This document shows, piece by piece, positions 45,442 to 54,049 of a stretch of DNA of 64,000 bases. The notes beneath the pieces were generated by a model, which was not told the DNA's origin, made no database searches, and saw only the letters and a list, made by a program, of their open reading frames with translations. Positions within the stretch are counted from its first letter, which is position 1. Each line of letters opens with the position of its first letter. The position numbers and the translations under genes were made by a program. Source of the DNA: Candidatus Omnitrophota bacterium. Its GTDB lineage: Bacteria; Omnitrophota; Gorgyraeia; Pluralincolimonadales; CAZUZR01. Where the stretch lies: positions 11,261-75,260 of the forward strand of contig JBDRDF010000032.1 of assembly GCA_043821025.1 (NCBI GenBank), written 5' to 3'.

Positions 45442-46193
45442 AAATGATGGAAGTAGAGCTCACCGCAAAAGACAGAGAAAGATATAACAGACAGATGTTT
45501 ATCGAGGACTGGGGCGAAGCGGGACAGAAAAAGCTAAAGAATGCCGAGGTTTTTATCTCAGGCGTAGGCGGTTTAGGAAGCCCCGTCGCTATATATCTTG
45601 CAGTCGCAGGGGTAGGCAAGATAAGGGTATGCGATTTTGATGTACCAGAACTTTCTAATCTAAATAGGCAGATATTGCACCACGATGCTCGCATAGGCCT
45701 TAATAAAGCACTTTCTGCAAAAAAGACGTTAGAAGTTTTAAATCCTACGGTGGAAATTAAAGAATTCCCTGAAAGGATAGAAGCTGATAATGTCGATAAA
45801 TTAGTTGGCACAAGTCAGATAATCATCGATTGTATGGATAATTTTGATACGCGTTTAATCCTAAATGAATGCGCCATACGAAAAAAGATACCTTTGGTAT
45901 TTGCGAGTGTTTGGGGCTTGACCGGTTATTTAAGTTTTTTTCATGTGCCTGAAACTCCCTGTCTTGCATGTATATTTAGAGAACCACCCCCTAGAGAGAA
46001 ATTTCCTGTAGTAGGAGCGACCCCTGGGGTAATCGGTTGCTTGGAGGCGCTCGAAGTATTAAAGTATATTACCGGCATTGGTCAGAATTTAAAAAATAAA
46101 CTTTTAATTTGGGACGGGACTACTGTGGATTTTAGAAAAGTCTCCATTAAATATGATAAAGATTGTCCCGTATGCGGCACTTTACACCGTTAA
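45438..46193 (+). CDS. Second ThiF/MoeB-type E1-like adenylyltransferase
   Basis: It has VFISGVGGLGSPVAIYLAVAGVGKIRVCDFD. The zinc motif is CLAC...CPVC. It overlaps the carrier gene by 4 nt. Confidence 0.7.
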   Translation: MKMMEVELTAKDRERYNRQMFIEDWGEAGQKKLKNAEVFISGVGGLGSPVAIYLAVAGVGKIRVCDFDVPELSNLNRQILHHDARIGLNKALSAKKTLEVLNPTVEIKEFPERIEADNVDKLVGTSQIIIDCMDNFDTRLILNECAIRKKIPLVFASVWGLTGYLSFFHVPETPCLACIFREPPPREKFPVVGATPGVIGCLEALEVLKYITGIGQNLKNKLLIWDGTTVDFRKVSIKYDKDCPVCGTLHR

Positions 46194-46208
46194 AGAGGAG
46201 GTAAAGAT

Positions 46209-46449
46209 AATGGCAAAGAAGATGGTGCATTTAATATTCCCCCAAAAGTTGATTAAGAAGGCAGTCATTTATACTATGGCAAAAAAATTTGACGTTATCC
46301 CCAATATCCGCCGCGCGAAGATTACCGAATCGGTTGGGGAGGTTGTATTAGAACTTGAGGCATCGAAGGATAATTTAGAGAAGGGTATAGCATATTTAAG
46401 GAAGTTGGGTGTTAAAGTAGAGCCTATTGTCGGGGATATCGTAGAGTAA
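46209..46449 (+). CDS. Small ACT/NIL-like domain protein (hypothetical)
   Basis: It is 80 aa (MAKKMVHLIFPQKLIKKAVIYTMAKKFDVIPNIRRAKITE...). SD sequence GAGGAGG is present. Confidence 0.3.
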
Positions 46450-46475
46450 ATTAAGAGTTTCCTTTTTAGATTTAA

Positions 46476-46514
46476 GAGCCAGCTCCATTAAAAGGGGCTG
46501 GCTCTTATTTTTTC
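46476..46514 (+). terminator. Rho-independent terminator of the sulfur operon
   Basis: The stem is AGAGCCAGC/GCTGGCTCT (46476-46484 and 46498-46506) with a 13-nt loop, followed by TATTTTTT. Confidence 0.65.
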
Positions 46515-46516
46515 CT

Positions 46517-46545
46517 TGACAAAAGATGTAGAGTCATATATACTC
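46517..46545 (+). promoter_or_regulatory. Sigma70 promoter TTGACA-17-TATACT for the csoR-cus operon; GGTAT-containing repeats downstream are a candidate CsoR operator
   Basis: TTGACA is at 46517-46522 and TATACT at 46540-46545. It is followed by ctatactGGTATtgGGTATaggtgag and ATG 46575. Confidence 0.5.
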
Positions 46546-46574
46546 TATACTGGTATTGGGTATAGGTGAGAAAA

Positions 46575-46844
46575 ATGATTAACGGCGCTACAAAACAAAA
46601 TGCTTTAGTAAGGCTTAAGAGAATCGAAGGCCAAATTAAGGGCGTACAGCGTATGATCGAAGAAGAGAAATACTGCGTTGATATCATCAATCAGATAAAC
46701 GCTGTGAGAAGGGCTCTTGAACAGGTGGCCTTGTGCGTTATGAAACGCCATGTCGATTCATGCGTTTCCGAAGCGATTAAGAAAGACAAGGCTGGCGGAA
46801 AAGTAGAAGAACTTATGGAAACCATCGATAGGTTCATAAGGTGA
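46575..46844 (+). CDS. csoR: CsoR/RcnR-family metal-sensing repressor (copper-sensing type)
   Basis: It has the DUF156 fold and C-H-C ligand positions (YCVDIINQI...H...C). Confidence 0.7.
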   Translation: MINGATKQNALVRLKRIEGQIKGVQRMIEEEKYCVDIINQINAVRRALEQVALCVMKRHVDSCVSEAIKKDKAGGKVEELMETIDRFIR

Positions 46845-46849
46845 AGTAA

Positions 46850-48124
46850 ATGCCTTTTAAAACGATGAAGAAATTTTTTATCTTATTTTTGGTTAATGCA
46901 TTTTTATTAAACTATAGTTTGTTGTACTCTTCTGAGGCGCTTCCTTTAGATTCCCTCATTAAAGAGGCAAAGGAAAAGAATCCAGGGATTTTAGCAGCAA
47001 AGAAAAACTGGGAGGCATCTTTAACAAGAGTGCCTCAGGCGAAGTCTCTTGAAAGTCCCACTATAGGTTTTACTTTTATGAAGATACCTAAAGGCACATT
47101 AAAATTAGACAAGACAATATCCGAGGACCGCATGTTATCAATTTCCCAGTTCTTACCTCTATTTGGCAAATTATCTTTAAAAGGCAAAATCGCATTGGTT
47201 GAATCACAGATGTTCGCCGCTGAATATAGAAACAAAGAACTAGAGATTATAAACGAAGTTAAAAACGCCTATTACGATTTATTTATGAATTATAAGGAAA
47301 TAGAATTAAACGAGCAGAGCCTTAAATTTTTAGTGGGCATCGCCAAAATTGCTGAAGCGAAATATATAGTGGGAGAAATTTCGCAGGAAGAGATTTTTAA
47401 AATAAATCTCGAAATAGCCAGTCTAAGCAATAATATTGCTAATCTGAGACAGGAACAGTTGGCGAAGATAACGCGGATAAATGCTTTGCTAAACCGAGAT
47501 CCCGAAAGCCCCTTAGTTATTGCAGAGTTACAAGAAGACGCATCTTTTAATATAGATATAACATATTTATACAAACTTACCTTAGTGAATCAACCAGAAT
47601 TGCTAATCTTTTCTTATGCGATAGAGAGAAATAAATACGCCAAGTCCTTGGCCGAAAGAAATTATTTGCCGGATTTAATGGCACAAATTGCACTTCGCGG
47701 TTTTACCGGAGGCATTGGCCCTTGGGATTTGATGTTAGGTTTTACTTTACCTTTTTGGTTCTGGACAAAACAGCGTTATGAAGTAAAGGAAGCGATTGCT
47801 AATATAGATGAGGCAAATGCAGCTTATCAGGCAATGAAGAATAGGTCATTATCCGAAACCAAGGATTTAGCCACAAAAGTAGAAATTGCCAAGAATAAGA
47901 TTAAACTATATAAAACTAATTTGATACCTATATTAGAAAGTTCTATTGAGTCTTCTTTAGCAGGTTTTCGTTCAGGAAGAGGTGATTTTATGATGATCTT
48001 AGACAACGAAAGGATGCTTATTGAGACGAAAATGGACTATTATAAATCATTGGTTGAATATAATACGAATTTAGCGGATTTAGAAAGGACTGTAGGTATA
48101 GATTTAAAAGGGGTGATAAAATGA
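46850..48124 (+). CDS. TolC-like outer-membrane efflux protein
   Basis: A signal peptide is present. It has two OEP repeats. Confidence 0.6.
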   Translation: MPFKTMKKFFILFLVNAFLLNYSLLYSSEALPLDSLIKEAKEKNPGILAAKKNWEASLTRVPQAKSLESPTIGFTFMKIPKGTLKLDKTISEDRMLSISQFLPLFGKLSLKGKIALVESQMFAAEYRNKELEIINEVKNAYYDLFMNYKEIELNEQSLKFLVGIAKIAEAKYIVGEISQEEIFKINLEIASLSNNIANLRQEQLAKITRINALLNRDPESPLVIAELQEDASFNIDITYLYKLTLVNQPELLIFSYAIERNKYAKSLAERNYLPDLMAQIALRGFTGGIGPWDLMLGFTLPFWFWTKQRYEVKEAIANIDEANAAYQAMKNRSLSETKDLATKVEIAKNKIKLYKTNLIPILESSIESSLAGFRSGRGDFMMILDNERMLIETKMDYYKSLVEYNTNLADLERTVGIDLKGVIK

Positions 48125-49272
48125 AAAAAATATTGTTACTTATAATTACTTTGGTAGTCCTTTTTAGCAACGTTTCATTGTATGCCCAGCATCAACATCA
48201 GGCACCGCCGATTAAAAAAGAAACCACAGTAAGTCAAAAGAAGATAAAATATTGGACTTGTGGTATGCATCCGCAGGTAAAACAGGACAAACCCGGAAAT
48301 TGCCCCATATGCAATATGAAATTAATTCCGATATACGAAGAAGAGACTGTTTCGCAAGCGGCACCTGAAGAAGCAATTATTAAATTAAGCAGCCGAGATA
48401 TCTCCTTGGCAGGAATAAAATCCGAACCGGTTACTCTTAGGCATCTTTTCAAAGAAATTCGCACCGTAGGAAGAATTGCCTATGACCCCGAGTCGTATAA
48501 AGCAGAGGAAGAATACATTCAGGCACTTAAAGCACAAGAGGATTTAAAAGCAAGCGAAATTCCAGAGATAAAAAAGCGTGCATCAAGCCTTGTAGAGGCA
48601 GCTGGCTTGAAATTGCGTCTATTAGGATTGGGAGAAGAACAGATCAAAGAATTAGCTACACAAAACAAGCCTGACAGCAGTCTAATTATATCAAATGAAG
48701 AGAATCCTTTTGTTTGGGTCTATGCGGATATCTATGAATATGAGTTAAGTTGGATTAGGATAGGCCAACCCATGAAGATATATTCTGTAAGTTTCCCGGA
48801 CGAAGAATTTAGGGGTAAGATAGAGGCAGTCGATCCCGTGCTTAACCCTATGACCCGCTCAGTGCGCATAAGGGCAAAGATAGATAACCCCCAGCTTAAG
48901 TTAAAACCACAGATGTATGTGGATATCTTTATCGAATCATATCTTACCGATGAAAATGACCAGCATAAACTTGTTTTAGCGATACCCAAAGATGCCGTAT
49001 TAGATACAGGTCTGCGTAAGATCGTTTATTTAGATTTAGGAGGCGGTTCATATCTCGGCAAAGAGGTAAAAGTTGGGCCAGAGGCAATCTCCTATGTTGA
49101 TGGCGAAAAACAAAAGTTTTACCCTGTAGTTGGCGGCTTAAAAGAAAATGATTTGGTGGTTACCAAAGGTAATTTCTTAATTGATTCTCAAAGCCAGATA
49201 ACGGGGGTAGCTGCTGGTGTATATGGTGGCGCATTAGGCGTTAAAGAAGAAACAAAACCTCATATTCATTAA
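48121..49272 (+). CDS. cusB: CusB-like RND periplasmic adaptor (MFP) with an N-terminal heavy-metal-binding zinc-ribbon motif
   Basis: It has YWTCGMHPQVKQDKPGNCPICNMKL. MFP beta-barrel and lipoyl regions are present. Confidence 0.65.
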   Translation: MKKILLLIITLVVLFSNVSLYAQHQHQAPPIKKETTVSQKKIKYWTCGMHPQVKQDKPGNCPICNMKLIPIYEEETVSQAAPEEAIIKLSSRDISLAGIKSEPVTLRHLFKEIRTVGRIAYDPESYKAEEEYIQALKAQEDLKASEIPEIKKRASSLVEAAGLKLRLLGLGEEQIKELATQNKPDSSLIISNEENPFVWVYADIYEYELSWIRIGQPMKIYSVSFPDEEFRGKIEAVDPVLNPMTRSVRIRAKIDNPQLKLKPQMYVDIFIESYLTDENDQHKLVLAIPKDAVLDTGLRKIVYLDLGGGSYLGKEVKVGPEAISYVDGEKQKFYPVVGGLKENDLVVTKGNFLIDSQSQITGVAAGVYGGALGVKEETKPHIH

Positions 49273-49287
49273 CCTTAAAGAGGTAAT

Positions 49288-52200
49288 ATGATAGATAGGT
49301 TAATCGAAGTCTGTTTAAAAAATCGTTTTTTGGTTATTTCTGCATTTATTCTTATTATTGTATGGGGAATTTTTTCGATAAAGAATACAGCCATTGATGC
49401 AATTCCCGATATAGGTGAATTACAGGTTATTGTATTCGCAGACTGGCCAGGAAGAAGTCCCAAGGATGTGGAGGACCAGGTGGTTTATCCTTTAACTACA
49501 CGCCTATTAGGGACTCCCGGAGTAAAGGTTATTCGTTCAGCTTCAGGTTTTGGCATTGGCATGATTTATCTTATTTTTAAAGAAGGAGTTGATTATTACT
49601 GGGCTAGAACCCGTGTATTAGAGAGGCTTAATTTTGCCACCGCCGGATTACCTGAAGGGACAATGGTTTCTTTAGGTCCGGATGCTACTGCCTTAGGACA
49701 AATCTTCTGGTACACTGTAGAAAATGGTTATTATTGTCTAGACCATCCTCAAAATAGTTATGATAAACCTGGTAAATGTCCGATAGATGGTAAAAAATTA
49801 GTAGCATCGCATTATGATTTAAGCCAACTGCGTTCACTTCAAGATTGGTATGTGCGTTATCAATTAAATTCTGTTTCAGGCGTCTCAGAAGTTGGCTCTG
49901 TGGGTGGTTATGTTAAGCAATACCAGATAGATGTGGATCCTAACAAACTACTTGCCTATGATGTAAAGCTGATGGATGTCTTAACAGCGGTTAAACGGTC
50001 CAATATCGACGTGGGTGCGAAGGTGTTTGAAGAAGGTGGTGTTGAGTTTATTATCCGGGGAGTAGGTTTTATCAAAACGATTAAAGATATAGAGAATATA
50101 GTCATATCCAGTCACGCAGGTACACCTGTATATATAAAAAATATCGGCACAGTTACCTTAGGCCCTGATTTTAGAAGAGGCACCTTAGATAAAGAAGGCA
50201 AAGAGGTAACCGGCGGCGTTGTGCTTATGCGCTATGGTGAGAATCCCTTAAGGGTAATCCAAGGCATAAAAAACAAATTGGAGGAGCTAAAAATAGGATT
50301 GTCTCCAGGAGTAAGAATTGTTCCTTTCTATGACCGCACAGGCCTTATTCTCAGATCGATAAACACCTTACGCGATGCCCTGATTCAAGAAATCATCATT
50401 ACTATTTTTGTGATTGTGGTATTTCTATTACATTTCTGGGGAAGTGTGATTATTTCAATCGTATTACCTATAGGTGTATTAATTTCATTTATACTAATGC
50501 GCATAAGAGGCGTGGATGCTAATATTATGTCCTTGGGTGGTATTGCGATTGCCATTGGTGTGATGGTTGATTCAGGCTGTGTTTTGGTTGAGAATATTTA
50601 CCGCAAGCTCGCAGAACGCCGAGCAGAGAGAAATTTACCTAACTTACCTTCTGAAGAAAGATTACAGGTCTGTATTAAAGCTGCTCAAGAGGTAGGAAAA
50701 CCCGTATTATTTGCCCTTCTTACAACCATTATCGGATTTATTCCTGTATTTGTTTTGACTGGCCAAGCAGGAAAACTCTTTATACCATTAGCCTTTACCA
50801 AAACCTTTGCTATGGTGGGCGCAGCGATTATTGCCTTAACCTTAATACCAACCTTATCATATTATTTATTAAGAGGAAGATTAAGGTTGGCTGAAGATAA
50901 TGCCACTTCTAGATTCCTTCATAAGATCTATAAACCCGTTATTAGTTGGTCACTTAATCGTAAAAAGACAATTATACTAATTTCTTGCGTAATCCTACTT
51001 TTAGGCGGGATCTCTGCTGTATTGATGAAGCAGGAATTTATGCCACCGTTAAATGAAGGAGATTTGTTATTTATGCCAGTACTATTGCCCGGCGCATCCC
51101 TAACGCAGGTAATGGATGTGATGAAAAAGCAAGATATAATTATAAAGAACGATTTTCCTAATGAGGTAGAATGGGCAGTAGGAAAATTAGGCCGCGCTGA
51201 GACTGCCACAGACCCCGCACCAATAATAATGATTGAGACAATTATTCACTTAAGGCCACAAAAAGAGTGGCGAAAAGGTATGACACGAGAAAAATTAGTT
51301 GAGCAGATACAAGAAAAGACCAAAATCCCCGGAGTAAGTCCTATTATGACTCAGCCGATAAGAAATAGAATTGATATGCTTGCTACAGGAATTCAGACTC
51401 CTGTGGGGATAAAGGTTTTTGGCTTTGATTTGAACAAAATCGAAGAAATTGCTATCGAATTAGAGAGGATAGTGAGTCAAGTCAAAGGCGCGGTCTCGCC
51501 GTTTGCAGAGCGGTTTGGGAGTTTGCCTTATTTTGAAATTGAGATAGACAGAAATCAAGCAGCGCGCTACGGATTAAGAATAGACGATATTCAAGAGATT
51601 ATTATGACTGCTATTGGAGGAGAGAATTTGACTACTACCGTAGAAGGTAGAGAGCGTTATCCGGTAAGGGTAAGGTATATGCGAGAGCTAAGGGATAGCC
51701 CTGAGGCTTTAAACAGGATATTTGTTTCATCGATGATGGGTGAACAGATTCCTCTAAGTCAGGTAGCAAGATTAAAAAGAGTTACTGGACCATCTATGAT
51801 TCAGTCGGAAAATACGCTTCCCTATGCTCGAATATTTATAAATGTTAATCAAGATGTGATTGGTTTGGTTGATTTTGTAAAGCTGGCTCAAAAGACTGTA
51901 AACGAAGCAATAAAGAGCGGTAAAATAAACTTACCTGCTGGCTACTATATTAGCTGGTCAGGACAGTTTGAGTCAGAGATGGAATCACGCAGAAGACTCA
52001 TACCATCTTTGGCGATTTGCTCAGCTATAATTTTATTGCTTTTGTATATGGCATTTAAGTCTTTTAGCTCTCTGGCTGTTGTATCTACAGGCCTGCCGGT
52101 TTCTCTCATGGGAGGGATTATTCTATTATTTATATTGGGTTTTAAATTCTCAACTGCCGTTTGGGTGGGCTTTATTGCTCTCTTTGGTGTAGCTACAGAT

Positions 52201-52551
52201 AATGCGGTTGTGCTTGTATCCTGCTTGGACGATCTATTTAGACAGAAAAAGCCAAGTTCATTAAAAGAGATTAGAGATACAGTAATACAAGGAGGCCTCT
52301 TACGCGTAAGGCCAATAATGATGACTACGACGACCACAATCATTGCTCTTATGCCCCTTATGTTATCAACCGGTACAGGTTCAGAGATAATGAAACCTAT
52401 GGCTTCTCCTACCGTGGGTGGTTTAGTAACCGCAACCTTGTCTAATTTGATCTTAGTGCCTGTCCTCTATTGCTGGCTAAAAGAGAGGCAGTTTAAAAAA
52501 ATCAAAGTTTTAGGAAGTGAGGTGAAAGCAAATGGCAAGAGTAACCATTAA
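49288..52551 (+). CDS. cusA: CusA/CzcA-type heavy-metal efflux RND pump (HME family), with an inserted CxxHP...CP metal-binding-like motif
   Basis: It is 1087 aa with 12 TM helices. The insertion reads YYCLDHPQNSYDKPGKCPIDGKKLV, at about residues 150-175 of the periplasmic domain. Confidence 0.7.
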   Translation: MIDRLIEVCLKNRFLVISAFILIIVWGIFSIKNTAIDAIPDIGELQVIVFADWPGRSPKDVEDQVVYPLTTRLLGTPGVKVIRSASGFGIGMIYLIFKEGVDYYWARTRVLERLNFATAGLPEGTMVSLGPDATALGQIFWYTVENGYYCLDHPQNSYDKPGKCPIDGKKLVASHYDLSQLRSLQDWYVRYQLNSVSGVSEVGSVGGYVKQYQIDVDPNKLLAYDVKLMDVLTAVKRSNIDVGAKVFEEGGVEFIIRGVGFIKTIKDIENIVISSHAGTPVYIKNIGTVTLGPDFRRGTLDKEGKEVTGGVVLMRYGENPLRVIQGIKNKLEELKIGLSPGVRIVPFYDRTGLILRSINTLRDALIQEIIITIFVIVVFLLHFWGSVIISIVLPIGVLISFILMRIRGVDANIMSLGGIAIAIGVMVDSGCVLVENIYRKLAERRAERNLPNLPSEERLQVCIKAAQEVGKPVLFALLTTIIGFIPVFVLTGQAGKLFIPLAFTKTFAMVGAAIIALTLIPTLSYYLLRGRLRLAEDNATSRFLHKIYKPVISWSLNRKKTIILISCVILLLGGISAVLMKQEFMPPLNEGDLLFMPVLLPGASLTQVMDVMKKQDIIIKNDFPNEVEWAVGKLGRAETATDPAPIIMIETIIHLRPQKEWRKGMTREKLVEQIQEKTKIPGVSPIMTQPIRNRIDMLATGIQTPVGIKVFGFDLNKIEEIAIELERIVSQVKGAVSPFAERFGSLPYFEIEIDRNQAARYGLRIDDIQEIIMTAIGGENLTTTVEGRERYPVRVRYMRELRDSPEALNRIFVSSMMGEQIPLSQVARLKRVTGPSMIQSENTLPYARIFINVNQDVIGLVDFVKLAQKTVNEAIKSGKINLPAGYYISWSGQFESEMESRRRLIPSLAICSAIILLLLYMAFKSFSSLAVVSTGLPVSLMGGIILLFILGFKFSTAVWVGFIALFGVATDNAVVLVSCLDDLFRQKKPSSLKEIRDTVIQGGLLRVRPIMMTTTTTIIALMPLMLSTGTGSEIMKPMASPTVGGLVTATLSNLILVPVLYCWLKERQFKKIKVLGSEVKANGKSNH

Positions 52552-52645
52552 GTGGCTTATAAGACCCATTGCCCATTGCAAGGAAGGACATTAGGATAAA
52601 ACCACCGGTGATTATATTTGCTTGTAGGAGAAAAAATGGTATAAA

Positions 52646-53002
52646 ATGAAAAAAATTTTCATTTTGGTAGTTAGTATATTATTTGTTCTGAGCTTAATTA
52701 GGACAACATTTGCTACCATGTGCGGTGGCATAACCAGCAGTAAAATGACGTCAACTAGAACTACACAGGTGCAAGATTTGGAGACAGAGCCCGAAGCCAT
52801 AAATGTCGGTAATGAAATCTGTCCGGTTTTGGACGAAAAGATCGATGAGAAGACCAAAGTGACCTATGAGTATAAAAGCAAGATCTACAATCTCTGTTGT
52901 CCGGGATGTAAATCGGAATTTGAGGCGAACCCTGAAAAATATATCGGTGAAAAATCAGAGGAGGGAAAAGAAACATACGAACACAAACATATGATGCATT
53001 AA
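52646..53002 (+). CDS. Secreted YHS-domain metal-binding protein
   Basis: A signal peptide is present. It has ICPVLDEKIDEKTKVTYEYKSKIYNLCCPGCKSEFEANPEKYI. Confidence 0.6.
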   Translation: MKKIFILVVSILFVLSLIRTTFATMCGGITSSKMTSTRTTQVQDLETEPEAINVGNEICPVLDEKIDEKTKVTYEYKSKIYNLCCPGCKSEFEANPEKYIGEKSEEGKETYEHKHMMH

Positions 53003-53022
53003 GTTAAAAAGGAGTTACTTAA

Positions 53023-54045
53023 ATGCCAGAACTAAGACAAAACCTCGCCACAAAAGAGTGGGTTATTATCGCTACCGAACGCGCCAAAAGGCCGGAAGAG
53101 TTTGCGAAGAAAAAAGAGCTCCTTGTAACTTCGCCGTCTTATGATGCTAATTGTCCGTTTTGTGAGGGAAACGAATCTAAAACGCCGAACGAGATATTAG
53201 GATATCGCAAAGAAGGGACGAAATCAGGCGAGAAGGGATGGCATGTCAGGGTTGTGCCAAATAAATTTCCTGCACTGATTCCTTCTGCAACCTCTGTAGT
53301 TGTAGAAAGGTCAAAATCCGGGATTTATCTTCGGATGAACGGCATGGGTAAGCACGAGGTAATAATAGAGAACCCAGACCACGGCAAGACCTTGGGCACG
53401 ATGAGCGTAGCCGAAGTCGAAAATGTAATCCGCGGATACCACGATAGGTATTTAGTTTTGGATTGGGATCCCTCCTACAAATTGATTATAATATTCCGCA
53501 ACCAAGGAACTTTGGCAGGCGCATCGCTTCTTCATCCGCATTCGCAGTTAGTAGCTACTGCAATAGTTCCGTCTCATATCAGAAATCGACTTTACGAAGC
53601 GCAGAGATATTATGATGAATTAGGAAGGTGCGTATTCTGCGATATAATAGAGAATGAGCTAAAAGAGAATGAGAGGGTTATATTGCAAAATGATAGGTTC
53701 ATTGCATTCGTGCCCTACGCCGCTTCAGTTCCGCATGAGATTTGGATTTTACCGTTAAGACATGAAACGTCATTTGCTGATTTACAGCCGGACGACATAA
53801 ACCCTCTGGCTCAGATATTACAGAACATCCTTGCGAAGATGTATCATTCTTTAAACAATCCCGACTATAATTACTGCATAAATACGGTGCCACACTATTC
53901 CTCTGACGAGCCATATTATCATTGGCACATTCAGATATTACCCCGTCTTTCAACCCAAGCCGGATTTGAAATCGGCTCCGGGATTCACATTAACGTCGCT
54001 CTTCCTGAAGAGTCAGCGAAATTCTTAAGAGAATTTAAAATTTAA
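53023..54045 (+). CDS. galT: Galactose-1-phosphate uridylyltransferase family (GalT/HIT-like nucleotidyltransferase)
   Basis: It has the N-terminal zinc motif CPFCEGNE, the active site HPHSQL, and an N-terminus matching the GalT pattern (R.RPEEF). Confidence 0.6.
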   Translation: MPELRQNLATKEWVIIATERAKRPEEFAKKKELLVTSPSYDANCPFCEGNESKTPNEILGYRKEGTKSGEKGWHVRVVPNKFPALIPSATSVVVERSKSGIYLRMNGMGKHEVIIENPDHGKTLGTMSVAEVENVIRGYHDRYLVLDWDPSYKLIIIFRNQGTLAGASLLHPHSQLVATAIVPSHIRNRLYEAQRYYDELGRCVFCDIIENELKENERVILQNDRFIAFVPYAASVPHEIWILPLRHETSFADLQPDDINPLAQILQNILAKMYHSLNNPDYNYCINTVPHYSSDEPYYHWHIQILPRLSTQAGFEIGSGIHINVALPEESAKFLREFKI

Positions 54046-54049
54046 TAGC

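Noticed and set aside
45347-45811. 154-aa minus-strand ORF overlapping the CysO-like and second E1 genes
   Set aside because: It is antisense to two conserved plus-strand genes and has no motif support.
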